Below, in pieces: positions 1 through 11,585 of a DNA stretch of 64,000 bases. The DNA lies in the NCBI GenBank assembly GCA_964199315.1, contig OZ116698.1:44144001-44208000 (forward strand). The letters are read 5' to 3'. Under the pieces are notes generated by a model. That model was not told the DNA's origin. It was given only the letters and a program-made list of their open reading frames with translations, and made no database searches. The first letter of the stretch is position 1, and each line of letters starts with the position of its first letter. Source of the DNA: Orbicella franksi (Eukaryota). Made by a program: the position numbers and the translations under genes.

Positions 1-2469
1 GTAGACATAGTTGCATTTTGCTTACAGTATTTCAACATTGATCTCTGCAGTGAGAACACACCAAATCTAAAATAATTTGGAAAAATGGATACTCCTGAAG
101 AGTAAAATAAAGATATGTACTGTATTGTGTTATAAATTGCAATAATCTCTGCAAAGATTTTAACCTTTCTCTAGGAAGATTTTTTCATTTGGACATTTCA
201 ATAAAATTGAAGATACAACACAGTGCATGGGTTTTGCATAACACTTCATTGATTAATTTTTCATGACTGCCAACCCTTGGTTTTTGAGTTTTAAAAGCAC
301 TTGCCATTCTGCCCTCAAGAACAAATCCTGTCACTAATGCAATTGATGTATCAGATGTAAAATTCATCCAACAAAGCAAGAAACTAAGAGATTTCAACCC
401 ACCCTTTTTAATTTTAGAAAACGCAAAGTCCCCCCTGCCATGATATAGCTAATCTTACTGCTTGCTGCTGCCGGTCTATTTACAAACGTGGTGCATTTCA
501 GGCTGACATAAAATTCATGTATACATCAGATTCTATACCCACCAGCAAATTTCTTCTATCAAATGTGTCCCTGTGTTGATTTTATGATATATTTTCTGAT
601 TTTTGTTCTCAAGATCCTGTGTTGTTGCATCCTGGCTGGCACAGTGCACAGTCCATTTCGTTAAAATGAATTTTGAGTTCAAATTTAAAAGGGTGTTTCC
701 TACAAATATTATAAATAATATGACTGAAAACACAATATGGATCACAAACAAAGGGGAATGATTATTTATAAGGAGAGGGTTTGCATATCATTAACCACAG
801 CAAATGTGATGAAAATCAATTATTTATGGTACCTACATAAAAGCTTTTATTGTGGTCATGATTTTAAACAACTGTCCAATAAATTGCAAGGAATGCATTT
901 GATCTATCATTCACTGACATCACAGCAGGAAAAATGGCAAAATGTTCAATTTAGAAGAAGAGTTTTTCATTTTGTTACTGCATGAGAAAAACAGAGTATG
1001 TTAATTTTGAAATCCAAATTTGCATGATATACTGTCTAGACGTTCTAGCACCCAGGAAAAGCAAAGAATTCACTGTAATGAACGGGAGTAAACTGTAATA
1101 ATATACAATGTTATTTGACACAACATTAGAAAAAGTATTTCAATGATATTCTTTGCTAAACCATCCTCAACCTTGCAAGAATATCATAATCCAAAGATTA
1201 TTAACACAAAGCCAAACATACCTCTCACTAAAAACAAGATCTCTGATTGAACTCTCCATGGTAAAAATCACTTATTCTGATATTTTTTGTGTACATGGTA
1301 CATTACGCTTCATATTACTAGTAATTATGTGCATGTACTGTGGGTATATGCCCAAGGAAAGAAATTTAATAATTATTACTAGGCTCAAGTATAATAATGA
1401 AGCCATAACAGACAAAAAAAAAAATAACAATACATGTCTAGTCATGTATGCAATTTGATGGCTTGTTTATTAGTAGTGATTTTAGTATGATCATGAGAAT
1501 TTGACACCCTGGGGTCACCCAGACACTATTTTAATTGCAACTTGCAATAATTTTAATTAATTTATCAAAGACTTGATCTAGACATACATAATTGTTTCAC
1601 AAGTGCCAAGGCCATCAATTTTTTTTTTTTTGCATTTAAAATGATGTACATATTGTACCACACTTCACTAATAATGAGGCATCCATAGTCCCAAAAGTGT
1701 TGTTTGAACACTGAAATGATAAACCTGGATTTGAGCCTGCCTACCTGGAGGGTCCTTGTGTTATGTTCTTACATGTAGGTAAGATTTCATAGTAAATGCT
1801 TACATGGACTGTACAGTGTAGTTTCACTATTAATAGTTACAATGTAATTGATATTAAAGTGTGAAGTTGCACATATAAATTACTTAAGGCATATTACAAA
1901 TTAATGTATGACAATATACATGTATGTCTCCCTCATAGGTGATCCCTGATTACTATTAAACTTGGTAACTTTAAACCCACACAATCTCTTAGAATGCAGT
2001 TTTTCATACATTGTGTCCCTTGGGAGGTTCAGATAGCACTGTCCTACTGTATAAAAAGTTGTTACCTTGATCTTAACCGCAATAACAAACTTCTTACTTT
2101 GTGGGTTAATTGTACATGTATCAACAACAGGCAAGTTCACCCATAAAATCAACGGCCCATCAAGCATACCCAGCCATAACTGGCAATCTCTATTACGGCT
2201 CTTAATGACAGCATGATAATTATATAAGCATAATTTAATGTTATTGCATGCAGATACACAGTTTGTTGCACAATGTAGCCAACTGCCAGCAAAAATCACA
2301 ATTAATTACTCCATGATCTAGACTGGCTACCTATACTACGAGTACAGTGTATACTTTTATTTTGTATTATTTTTAAGAAAAAGGTGGGAAAACCAACTGC
2401 CTACTCTGACATAAAAGTCACCTACTTAAAAGCTTTGCGTCAACACTGTATTATATATAAAGTCTGCAT

Positions 2470-2565
2470 ACGAGCCAAGTGATCCATCAGACTGACGCTA
2501 ATCCCCCCTGGATGGGATGCTAGTCCATCGCAGGGTTACACCCATCTGTACACCTGGGTGGAATT
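2470..2565 (-). mobile_element. Truncated SINE fragment (same family as 15276-15565)
   Basis: Shares ccccctggatgggatgctagtccatcgcagggtta and tacacctgggtgga with the 15.3-kb SINE. Confidence 0.6.
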
Positions 2566-2627
2566 ACAAATGAATGTGTTCAACCTAAACTGTTTCCAGA
2601 AAAATGATTAAGTTAAAACCTACTCAC

Positions 2628-2754
2628 CATCCTGATTGGGATCTGTGACAGGAACAGACCATGTAACCAGGTTCCTGGCGGCTCTTCCTTCCTGTTCAAC
2701 AAGTTTACGAACGTGATCATGGCTGTTTGTGCGATGGACATTTTTCTGTTGATG
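2628..2754 (-). CDS. SCAPER: SCAPER (S-phase cyclin A-associated protein in the ER), conserved N-terminal coding exon; gene continues beyond the left edge
   Basis: Acceptor ccaacag| and donor GATG|GTGAGT, 127 bp, phase 0 to 1. Translates HQQKNVHRTNSHDHVRKLVEQEGRAARNLVTWSVPVTDPNQD(G), matching the recalled human SCAPER N-terminus FQRSNSHDKVRRIVAEEGRTARNLIAWSVPLESKDDDG, which also ends at a phase-1 intron. Absent from the ORF track. Confidence 0.92.
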
Positions 2755-3747
2755 CTGTTGGATAACATAAAACATTTCTAATCAAAACACGGGTATAATT
2801 ATGTATAATTGGTTTTAATACATATATTGGACATGTCATCAGCCACTTACATCTTTTAAAAAGCCCCAAACAAATCAGTACTTTGAGACTTTCTTAGCTT
2901 TGCAAAAAAATGAGACTGTAAGACAGCTTTGTGAAAAATTGAGACTGCAAGACACACATACAGTACCCTCTAAAAAACAAGATCATCAGACCTATAAAAT
3001 TTGAAGAAATTCTGGAAGACCCATGGGTTTTGAAGGGCCATTCACCACCCCTTTGACACAGTTTGTATATTTGTTCTTTAGGTTAGAATGATTTCAGCCT
3101 AGATTAATTTGTTTTCAACCTAGATTAAATTTTTGAGAGGCTTTTAAAAAGAATTAGTATGCATAATTATATACCACCCACCCCATGTCAGTCCCTACCC
3201 TACTCTACCCTGCCAGGATTCCATGGCCCCTAGATCTTTTTTTTTATTATTATTTTTTTGTACCGACAACACATACATGTTTGTATGCATGTGTTTTCAG
3301 TCAATTTGTTCTTTAGGTCAGAATGATTTCAACCTACTGTAGGTGAATTTGTATCAAAGAGGAAGGGTGAGTCTGGAACCAATAACTTATTACACCAACA
3401 AATTTGAGCAAATCTGATCGTCAGCTATCACATGTTAGAAATCTTGAGCTCATAACCTAATTGCTTTAGTAATAGAAACACGAGTCAGTGGAAGTTTGGG
3501 AGAATGATAAATGTTATGGGAAAACAAGTTTGTGTGGGAATAAAAGCTGACAGGCGCGTGTTTCAGGTTCTCCCGAACTTCCATGAGCATTTCTATAAGT
3601 AGACAGAAACATGAAGAACATGTTTTCTGTTTGTTTCGGAAAATTGCTGAGATAAAAAAACAAGAAAATGTGTTTACTTTGATCATCAAAATGTAAATTC
3701 GCCTTGCTTGTGCCATCATTACATCAACAGATTGTGCTAGTTGTTTG

Positions 3748-4075
3748 TTTCTATCAAGTTTTCGTATAAACCTACTACATGTAGTGTTCTATCGACAATG
3801 CTGTTCTCTGACTGGCTACGCTACTCCCTATCTATTCTTATGAGTAGCGTAGCAGTGAGCCCTAGTTAACAAAATGACGGTCGCTTCTTGACGTTTTTGA
3901 AGAGGATTAAGAGAAAGTTTTGAACGACTAGTAGATTTATACTAAAACAACAATTATTCACTCTCGATTTCTATGTGAGATAGAAATCTCGAGCTCGTAA
4001 TCTAATTGTTTAATAGAAACAATTTTAAACTAATCAGAGCACATATTTTCTTTGGGCTATTTTCTAATGTATGAC
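3748..4075. mobile_element. Non-autonomous DNA-element family, copy 1 (SCAPER intron 1)
   Basis: Aligns by eye with 5572-6130. Inverted ends gttt(tc)gtataaacctacta / ctagtagatttatactaaaac at 3758-3948; an extra fragment lies at 3421-3480. Confidence 0.7.
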
Positions 4076-4935
4076 TTGAATCCAATATTGAAAATACAGA
4101 AGACAAATTTAATAACAGGGGGCTTTTTTTTAACTGAAAAGGAGATATTAATGTTGTTTTACACTATTCTAGTTTAGAATATGTACCAGAGTATCAATGC
4201 AAATTCATGTACTGAAACAATCTAAAATAAAAAAGTACAGATGTCTTTTCATTTTTCTTGTGCCTCCAATTTGGTACTGTGCATAAGCTTGTGTCATAAA
4301 TTAATGTTTACATGTAAATGACTCTGATCATATTAGCATAATTTATTTGGAAAATAAAAATATTTACAAGCTGTACATGATCAGCCATTTGCATCTTTAG
4401 AAAAATGACTGAGGTCTAGATATGATTAACATTCTTGAAAAAAAAAATCTGTTTCTTTTTTTCTGTAGGAGAGAGGTGATTTCCACTGCCTGTAGAAATC
4501 TCATTTACCAGCATCTTTAATTTTCACTGCAAAACTGAAGAATTTACTGATTTCTCTGCCTGATTTAAAGACATGAATTTCTACACCAGCTCTGCTTTAA
4601 AAAGATACGCTGAAGCTCAAGCCGTTTGATTATAAACTTGATCCCGAAACTGGGATGATTTATAAGCTTACAGATAAATGAATTATTAATGTAAACATTT
4701 ATAATACCAGCACAAAACAATGCAAACCCAGAAGATCTTTATAATAATTAATTTGGATTCACACAGTAGAGCAATGCTTCGTCAGAAAGAAGGTCACATT
4801 CTAAGGGCATGTTCTGCAGAATGGATCGAATCAGTTTCAAAATACGTGACAAGCTTTGAAAGTGATGCGTCACATAAGCTTACATGTTCAGCAAAAACAC
4901 TTGCAAAACGTTCAGCAATACATCTAAGTACACAC

Positions 4936-5079
4936 CTTTCCAGAATTGTTCTTCCTTCCAGAAGAGTTTTCTCGATGTTGATTCTTTTCTGAGCTATGCC
5001 CAGAAAGACTCTCGGTCGATCGCGAACTCGAAGAAGAAGTGCGAGGACTAGATCGTTTTCTCCGATCTTGCGATGACAT
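4936..5079 (-). CDS. SCAPER: Probable first coding exon of SCAPER (48 aa, Ser/Arg-rich)
   Basis: ATG at 5079, open for 48 codons (MSSQDRRKRSSPRTSSSSSRSTESLSGHSSEKNQHRENSSGRKNNSGK), donor AAG|GTGTGT in phase 0, compatible with the exon at 2754. Lies just downstream of a CpG-rich promoter-like region. No homology evidence for the peptide. Confidence 0.65.
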
Positions 5080-5099
5080 CAATAACTATGTTTCCTTAT

Positions 5100-5450
5100 T
5101 CCTAATAATCGCGATTTTCACTACAGATTATGCAAAAACTCGCACCACAGGCTATATGATCTCTAAATATCACGATGTGCCCTAGCCTTTGTCAAAATAA
5201 TTCTTGAAAGAGTTTGTTGTTCAAAACCATCGCAGAACCCGCCATTTTGTCACTTGGAAACCTCGAGGGCAGCCTCGATCTGGTGCAAGGTTATTCCCAG
5301 TCTTTTCGCTGCGGACAACTGCATCCGCCAAAAACGGCGAGCGAAAAAGCAGGGGAGAAGTGCAGAAAGAGAAACTGAACGCCTGGAAGAGGCTACCTGA
5401 CCACATGCAGGGTCCACGATAACTTGCTTGCGCATACTCTATTCATTTAT
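5100..5450 (-). promoter_or_regulatory. Putative SCAPER promoter/5' UTR
   Basis: Abrupt CpG-rich segment upstream of the ATG, with a YY1-type motif AAAATGGCGG on the minus strand at 5239-5248. Confidence 0.5.
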
Positions 5451-5571
5451 CCTTCCTTGTACGCTACGATTCAATAAGCTGTTGAATGAAGCTTGTCAAA
5501 GATTTCCTCATGATTTGATCGAAGCCCAATTAGGTGACCATTATCAGAATGAAGAAATAGAAAACATGTAC

Positions 5572-6130
5572 CGTGTTTCTATCGAGTTTTAGTATAAATC
5601 TACTAGCGTTCCATCACGAATGCCGTTCTCTGATTGGCTACTCTACTCACCATCTACTCTGTTGTAGATAGTGAGTCGCGTAGCAGTGTGAGGTTGTTAA
5701 CAAAATGGCGGCCGCTTCTTTGCGTTTTCGAGGTGTCTGTGAAGAGGATTTAGATAAAGTTTTGAACGAGTAATAGGTTTATACTAAAACAATTAGATTA
5801 TTCGCTCTCAATTTCTATGCGTGATAGTTGACTCGGGCTGCGCTCTTGTTCATACAGTTGCAACAAGTCGACCTCTATAAGTTTTAAAATAGAATAGCTA
5901 AGCGAGCGAAGCAAGCGTCGATGTTTCAGTCCGCAAAGCGGCCAAACAAACGACGAAGTCGCAGTCCAGCGGGTAATGAATCATGAAACAAGACGAAGAA
6001 CTTTTCTGAAAGTCTACCTCCTAAACTATCTCAAGGGCAGAAATCTCAAGCTCATTATCTAATTGTTAAATAAAAATATGATTTTAAACTAATCAGCACG
6101 CGCATTTTCTTTTGGCTATTTTCTAAATAT
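5572..6130. mobile_element. Non-autonomous DNA-element family, copy 2 (interrupted at about 5850-6030)
   Basis: Collinear with 3748-4075. Inverted repeats gttttagtataaatctacta / taataggtttatactaaaac and an internal hairpin ctactcaccatctac...gtagatagtgagtcg. Confidence 0.7.
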
Positions 6131-6284
6131 ACCTGTAAGAAATGTTGAAATTGTGAATTTGGGAAGTCTCAAGGGTAATGCGCGGCGTCCGTTATACTCA
6201 GGTGACCGCTACATACAGGGAAGCTTTATAGTTAATGTAAGGCATGATCTTCGGGAGCTTGTTCCGCTGCACTAAGAGTCTACG

Positions 6285-7085
6285 GGGGGAGGGGAGATGG
6301 GGGATACTGCTAGAAAAATTGGGTAGGGGTTTGCGGCCCGCCTGCCAACCCTTACCCTATTTATGACCATTATTATACATTGAACTCACTATCTCTTTTC
6401 TGATTGGCCGAAAGCGTACAGTGAATTTTCCAAATCAGCGCCTGTGATGTCATCTAGCTGCAGATTATACGACAATCATGTCAAGGACACTCAAGGTCAC
6501 GAGTAATCATGTCATGTACGACCGCGGTGCATGATTTCTAAGAGTAATCATGTCAAGTTCGCGCGCTTTGTGTTGCTTGCCGTCAGTGAAGAAGCAAAAA
6601 AAATGACTCACTTTTTTTTCATTCAATGTATAAATAAAATAATTATTAGATTCGGTTTTGTGATTTCCAGAATAATCAAGGTCTCGGTAAGGGTTATCAA
6701 CTGATAACCCCTTCCTCGACGTTGATTATTCTGGATATCACAAGAACCCTCATCCAATAATTGTTTTAAAATTTGCGATTTCCCCTACCCTATTTATGAC
6801 CTGACCAAAAACTCGATACCCTATTTACGGCCATTGCGGCTGGCATAGTGGCATAGAGCTTTTGCTGATGGTCTTGTCGATAATGATGAAAAAGTAGCTT
6901 CTTCTTAAAAAAAACACACTTAATTCAAGACCAGAGTGCAAAACCACACCCTATTTCTGACCAAAATGGCCAAAATCGATAGCCTATTTATGACTAAAAC
7001 GGCTGAAAAACCATACTCTTTGGGGCCGCACATACCCATATAAGGAAGCACCTCCTCCGCCCGCCCCCCCTCCCCCTCCCCCGGG
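6285..7085. mobile_element. G/C-terminal MITE-like element carrying a nested insertion
   Basis: G-run left end and ccccctcccccggg right end, with repeated ccctatttatgacc motifs. Homologous to 11252-11585. Confidence 0.7.
6370..6766. mobile_element. Nested repeat element with an 82-nt internal fold-back
   Basis: Splits the host element between ttatgacca and aaaatttgcgatt; contains near-perfect inverted arms at 6660-6741. Confidence 0.65.
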
Positions 7086-7182
7086 AGTGTACTAACAGTT
7101 TTGACTGTAATCTTGTGTGCAGCTACGGTCTCCCGACGCAGCTACGTTCATCAGAGAACTCATTCTTAAAACGGGAGCTCAC

Positions 7183-7219
7183 CATCATCCTTGTTGGTTT
7201 CACTTCTCTCTCCTCGGTA
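7183..7219 (-). other. Candidate distal alternative SCAPER exon ending ATG ATG (Met-Met)
   Basis: Long pyrimidine tract plus ctctcag acceptor, 37-bp exon, strong donor ATG|GTGAGC in phase 0 with the SCAPER exon at 2754. Confidence 0.4.
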
Positions 7220-7290
7220 CTGAGAGACGCAAAGCGGCTCCCAAAGGAATCATAGAGGGAAAAGCCGACAGAAAGCAACGGGTGAAAGGA

Positions 7291-7406
7291 TTTGTTTGTT
7301 TGTTTGTCTTTTAGTTCTTTTCATTTGGTTATATCTTTTTGTCTATTTGTTTGTTTGTCTCTTTAATTGTTTGTCTGTCTGTTTGTTTGTTTGTTTGTTT
7401 GTTTGT
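7291..7406. repeat. Degenerate (TTTG)n microsatellite
   Basis: Directly visible TTTG/TCTG runs. Confidence 0.9.
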
Positions 7407-8644
7407 GCGAAACAGAGAAAGCGCTTTATCGCATGGCCTTTCTTCCCCTCGCGTTTTCTTTTGCGTTACGCTGTATTGACAAAGGAAAAGAGCAGTTTCT
7501 AACCGCGTGAGACTTTCCTATTTTATAATATATGCGAACCCGAGGTTCGGTTTGCCAAAAACTGGACCCAGTCCTGAAAGTATCACCCAACGAACGCGAC
7601 ATTCAATGCGCTGAATTTCTTTGCAGTGAACCCAGGACGCCATTATATGAACACCGGAGATGAAACCCTCGGGGAGAGGGGCAAAGACCGAGATTCGTCG
7701 CCTGCGCATGTGGCAGACGTTAAACGGTGGCGGGGCAGGCAAAGCGCCTTCTTCCTCGCGTTTTTTGCCTCCCTGTCCCTACCCCGTTTACGCCTGCAAC
7801 GCAAGGTAAGGTTTGAATGTGCGCTGGCCATCCACATTTTCACAATTTGTTACTTATTAATTTTTGCATATATTACTCATTGCGACATTTGGCCCATGTG
7901 ATATCGGGTGACATCGAAATCTTTGGGACAGAAAATTGCCATTCTTTGCCAAAGTCTTATTTTATTTCTTATTGTACATGTGTAATATCTTATGTACTGT
8001 TGATAACAAGCTGGAGTTGTTTTGCTGAGCTTTAGGCATGGTATATTTATAAATCATGGCGACAGTGACTAAGTGTGACCCTTCGGCCAGAGTTCGGGAA
8101 AAGAACGGGCCGAAGACTAGGTTAGTTTGGCAGCGTATGTTTTGAATGATAAATGAACCGCCAAATTTAAATTATTGCATAACTTTGCTTCATTGTTACA
8201 TGTATTTGGCGAGGGTTTGCAGCGATGGTGGCATGGCAGAATGACTTCAAATGTTTTTTGTTTTTATTCTTTTCGTTTCCTTCGCTTAGTGCGTGACGGT
8301 AACTGCAGCGGGAGATCATTTTCAGGGGGACAATAGTGAATGCAAACGAGAAACTCAGATCAGTCGACAGAATTTTCCTTCGTTTACCGTGTGAGATCAG
8401 CAAGTGAGTAAAATTATTAATATTTAATTATATTTTGGAGCAGTCTATTTCCGAAATTGAATAATATAAGGATAACACAGAAACCTAATGTCTTGCCTTG
8501 AGGGCGATGTATTTAATTTCCTGATGATATGCATCCCTCTTTGCATAGGAGATCTGTAGATCCTGTGTGAAGTGTGTTGAGGCGCGCGAGTGGGGGGGAG
8601 GGGGGGAGGGACTGCAGCGGCCGTTTGAAGTGTAGTCAGTAAGG

Positions 8645-9270
8645 AGGGGGACATCGGGGGGTTCTAAACATCGCAACACCGCAAAAAGAAAACTAACGAA
8701 CACCACATCACCGCAAGAAAAGTCAACGAAACACCGTCACCGCAACACGTATTTTTTGCGCTGTGATTCGTTCATCTACACTTTAAATAATACTTTTATA
8801 ACTCAACAATTTTCCACAAAATAAACACATTGTTTCTGTCCTCGCTCCTCCACGTGTCTACCGAACACTGAGCTCCGGGTGGCAGAGGTCGAGTTACTTG
8901 TCAAGTTACGTATAAATGAAAACAACTTCGGATTGGCAGCCGAAGGATATTGAAGATTGAGTAGAAAGTGATGGTCTTTACTTTTTAAAAAATTATTTAC
9001 CTCAATGGTACGTGTTTGTCATAAATTAGCATCGATTAACGAAGTTTACATGCTAAATTTAGGTCAAATTTAGGTTTGAGAAAGGTAGATCAAAAAATCC
9101 CAGCACCGCAAACAATTTCACTTCACCGAACACCGCAGACTGAAAAACACAAACATCGCACACCGTAGGGTTTGAGATCACCGCAACACCGCAAGCTGAG
9201 ATTTTATTCACCGCGTCACCGCATTAAAAGAATATCAACACCGCAACACCGCAAATCCCCATGTCCCCCT
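8645..9270. mobile_element. Non-autonomous TIR element with subterminal CACCGCA arrays (hAT-like)
   Basis: 10-bp TIR AGGGGGACAT / ATGTCCCCCT, imperfect 8-bp flanking duplication cagtaagg / cagtagga, and many (CA)CACCGCA motifs near both ends. Confidence 0.7.
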
Positions 9271-10020
9271 CAGTAGGAGGGGGTTTGGAGAAAGGAATGC
9301 CGCCAAGGGGTTTGATACGTTGCCCCTGCGAAAGCAATTTTAAAAGAAAACCTCAGAAGAACTTCGTGAGTAGGATAACACCCTTTATTCCGGGATCGAG
9401 TCTAGGACAAAGGACTGCGTGGAATAACAGGACGGTAACAATTCTAACTCTTCCTTGTTTAGGACAGGTTCAGAAGAGGCCAAAACTATTGGATCAGTCT
9501 CTCTGTTTGCTCTAAAATCAAGAACACGGAAAGAAAAATTACGATATTCGAGGGGCGTGCAGGAAAGGCGCGAGCAGCAGCATCATGCTTCGCGTGTTGC
9601 GTTACTCGCCCCTGGATTATAGTGTTCGTTCTCTTAGTTCTTGTCTTCCCCCTTGATTTTAGACATTTTAGGGCAAAACCCATATTCTGCCAGTTGGTAT
9701 GTCCCCGTATAATGCTTCCCCACTCTTACCCGAGATATATATGCAAATTTTCTGTACTGTCTAACTAATTTCGTTTCTCATTAACTTTATTGAGTTCAGT
9801 CAACCCAGTGCGTGGTGAGAATTGTCCCGGTTGTTGTAAACTGAACTGTAAAGCATTCAAGTGGTACGAAAGCGAATGAGAGGAATAGTAGCATATAGAT
9901 TCGTGTGATTAGAAAGCTCATCGACCATCGAAGCTAATTAGATGCAGCTTGTCCTGTTTTACAGTATCGAGTTAGTAAAGCTGCTTGTGGTAACAGAAGG
10001 CTGGCGAGAAATTCGAAGAC

Positions 10021-10042
10021 ATGCCAGGACAAAATTACAAAG
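10021..10042 (+). CDS. Candidate initial micro-exon (MPGQNYK, phase 1)
   Basis: gacATGCCA start and perfect donor AAG|GTAAGT. Phase-compatible with the exons at 11785 and 13245. Confidence 0.3.
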
Positions 10043-10856
10043 GTAAGTCAAGTTCAAACTCCTTAGCGTCATGTAGATATTTAGTCATCGTTTGGGTTTA
10101 GGCGTAGTGCCTGTAAAACGATATTGTTTTCTCTAACAGTGATTGGTTTATGTCTAGACTCAGAAGCATATCACCTTCTGCTAGACTGTATAGCTTCTTC
10201 CGGTTGTCATGTCGCTCTATTCCCTTTCGAGTCGTTGTTTTTTATAAATCTTCCCATTTATGTTGTTCTCCGGAAATCTCAGTAGCAAATGTACAATGCT
10301 TAAAGAAAGGAAAATCGGAGCGATAAACGGTCGCCTCTCGGTTACAATCCTATGCATCGTCCGGGGCCAGTCAATACCCAGTATGAGCGACTCTCTTATG
10401 GCAATCCGTGGGGGCTGTCTGCAATGAACCAGCATCCCAAATGTGGGGGTAGGGGGTGACGGGGGAATCCCCCTTGGTGGTAAGCGTACGGAAATCGCTG
10501 GACTCGATTGTCAACTAGGTTTCGAATAAGTGGTGATTTTTCACCGTCTGATCGACATATGGCTGGTTTTTTCAAACTCCCGCTCACTTTAAATGATAGA
10601 TAGAATACTTCCTAAAGATTCAAATATCATCAATGCCGTTAAAACAGGCGAGATATCAGTGAACTTAACAGCCCCTACGGCTGTGCGTACAGGTCTCTGC
10701 TTATATCAACAAATTACAGTCTTGGACGCGGTTTAATTAATTTCGATTGATCTACCATCCAAAGTGAATTCAACAGTTGGGTTTATTTCACGCATTTTCT
10801 CAGTTTGAGTAAGAATCGTTTCAGTTCAGAGCCACCTTAAATTTTCGAAAATTTAA

Positions 10857-11184
10857 GGTGGCTCTGAACCTCACCTACAGAATGTTTTTAAACTATTCCA
10901 AAAATTACATCTTATCACGCTTATGAAAGTGTTGATAATTTGAAAAAAATTTCACCGTACCGTTTTTGAATTAAAACGGCCCTAAAGCTGTATCTAAGGG
11001 TGTTTTTAGCAGGTCATGCTGTTGCTATGGTAACCTATTGTGTTACGAAAATGATAACAACGTGTTCACCAATGGTTGGGCAGTTTTTTGATACATGATT
11101 GTAGCATCAAGTGATAAAGAGTGGTTATAACGACCCATCAAAATCTAAGTGCTCCCGAAGTGCTGGAAACTGTTTCGAGCCACC
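10857..11184. mobile_element. TTAA-flanked non-autonomous DNA transposon (Kolobok/piggyBac-type termini)
   Basis: TTAA|GGTGGCTC ... GAGCCACC|TTAA termini with TTAA duplicated at 10853-10856 and 11185-11188. Confidence 0.8.
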
Positions 11185-11251
11185 TTAACATATTTTATTT
11201 TTTGCTAAGTTGTTGTCCATGTGAACTAGATCGAATGATGTCTATTTCGTA

Positions 11252-11585
11252 TCCGGGGGGGTATTCCGAGCAAAATTGGGTAGGGGTGTGCGGCCCGTTT
11301 CCCAAAATCGCGATTTTCAATACTCTATTTATGACCTGACCCAAAATCTATATCCTGTTTCAGACCTGTCTTATACTTAGTTCCCTAGTTCAGACCGATG
11401 TTAAAGGCATTATGAAGGGCCTTTGTTGGTCGGTCTTATCGATAGTGGTATAAAAGTAGCTTCTTCTAAAAAAAAAAAATGCCTTATTCAAGACTAGAGT
11501 GCAAAAATCAGACCCTATTAATGATCAAAATGTCCAAAACCGATACCCTATCTTGACCAAAACGGCTGAAAAACGATCATATCCC
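11252..11585. mobile_element. Second, 3'-truncated copy of the 6285-7085 family
   Basis: Shares aaaattgggtagggg..gcggcccg, tatttatgacctgacc, aaagtagcttcttct, caagac.agagtgcaaaa and aacggctgaaaa in the same order. Confidence 0.75.

Noticed and set aside
26-94. Possible SCAPER exon 3 (tcttcag|...ACT|GTAAGC, 69 bp, phase 1-1, GVSIFPNYFRFGVFSLQRSMLKY)
   Set aside because: Splice signals are plausible but the hydrophobic peptide shows no similarity to SCAPER; left unresolved.
533-751. Minus-strand ORFs at 185-397 and 533-751 as SCAPER exons
   Set aside because: No recognisable SCAPER motif (e.g. RYWAFLFDNL) and weak splice sites.
7627-7805. Plus-strand exon candidate (tttgcag|...CAAG|GTAAGG)
   Set aside because: Peptide unrecognisable, the 3' part resembles a repeat terminus, and there is no partner exon.
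8081-8115. 35-nt hairpin CTTCGGCC...GGCCGAAG
   Set aside because: Too short and lacks SECIS, snoRNA or tRNA hallmarks.
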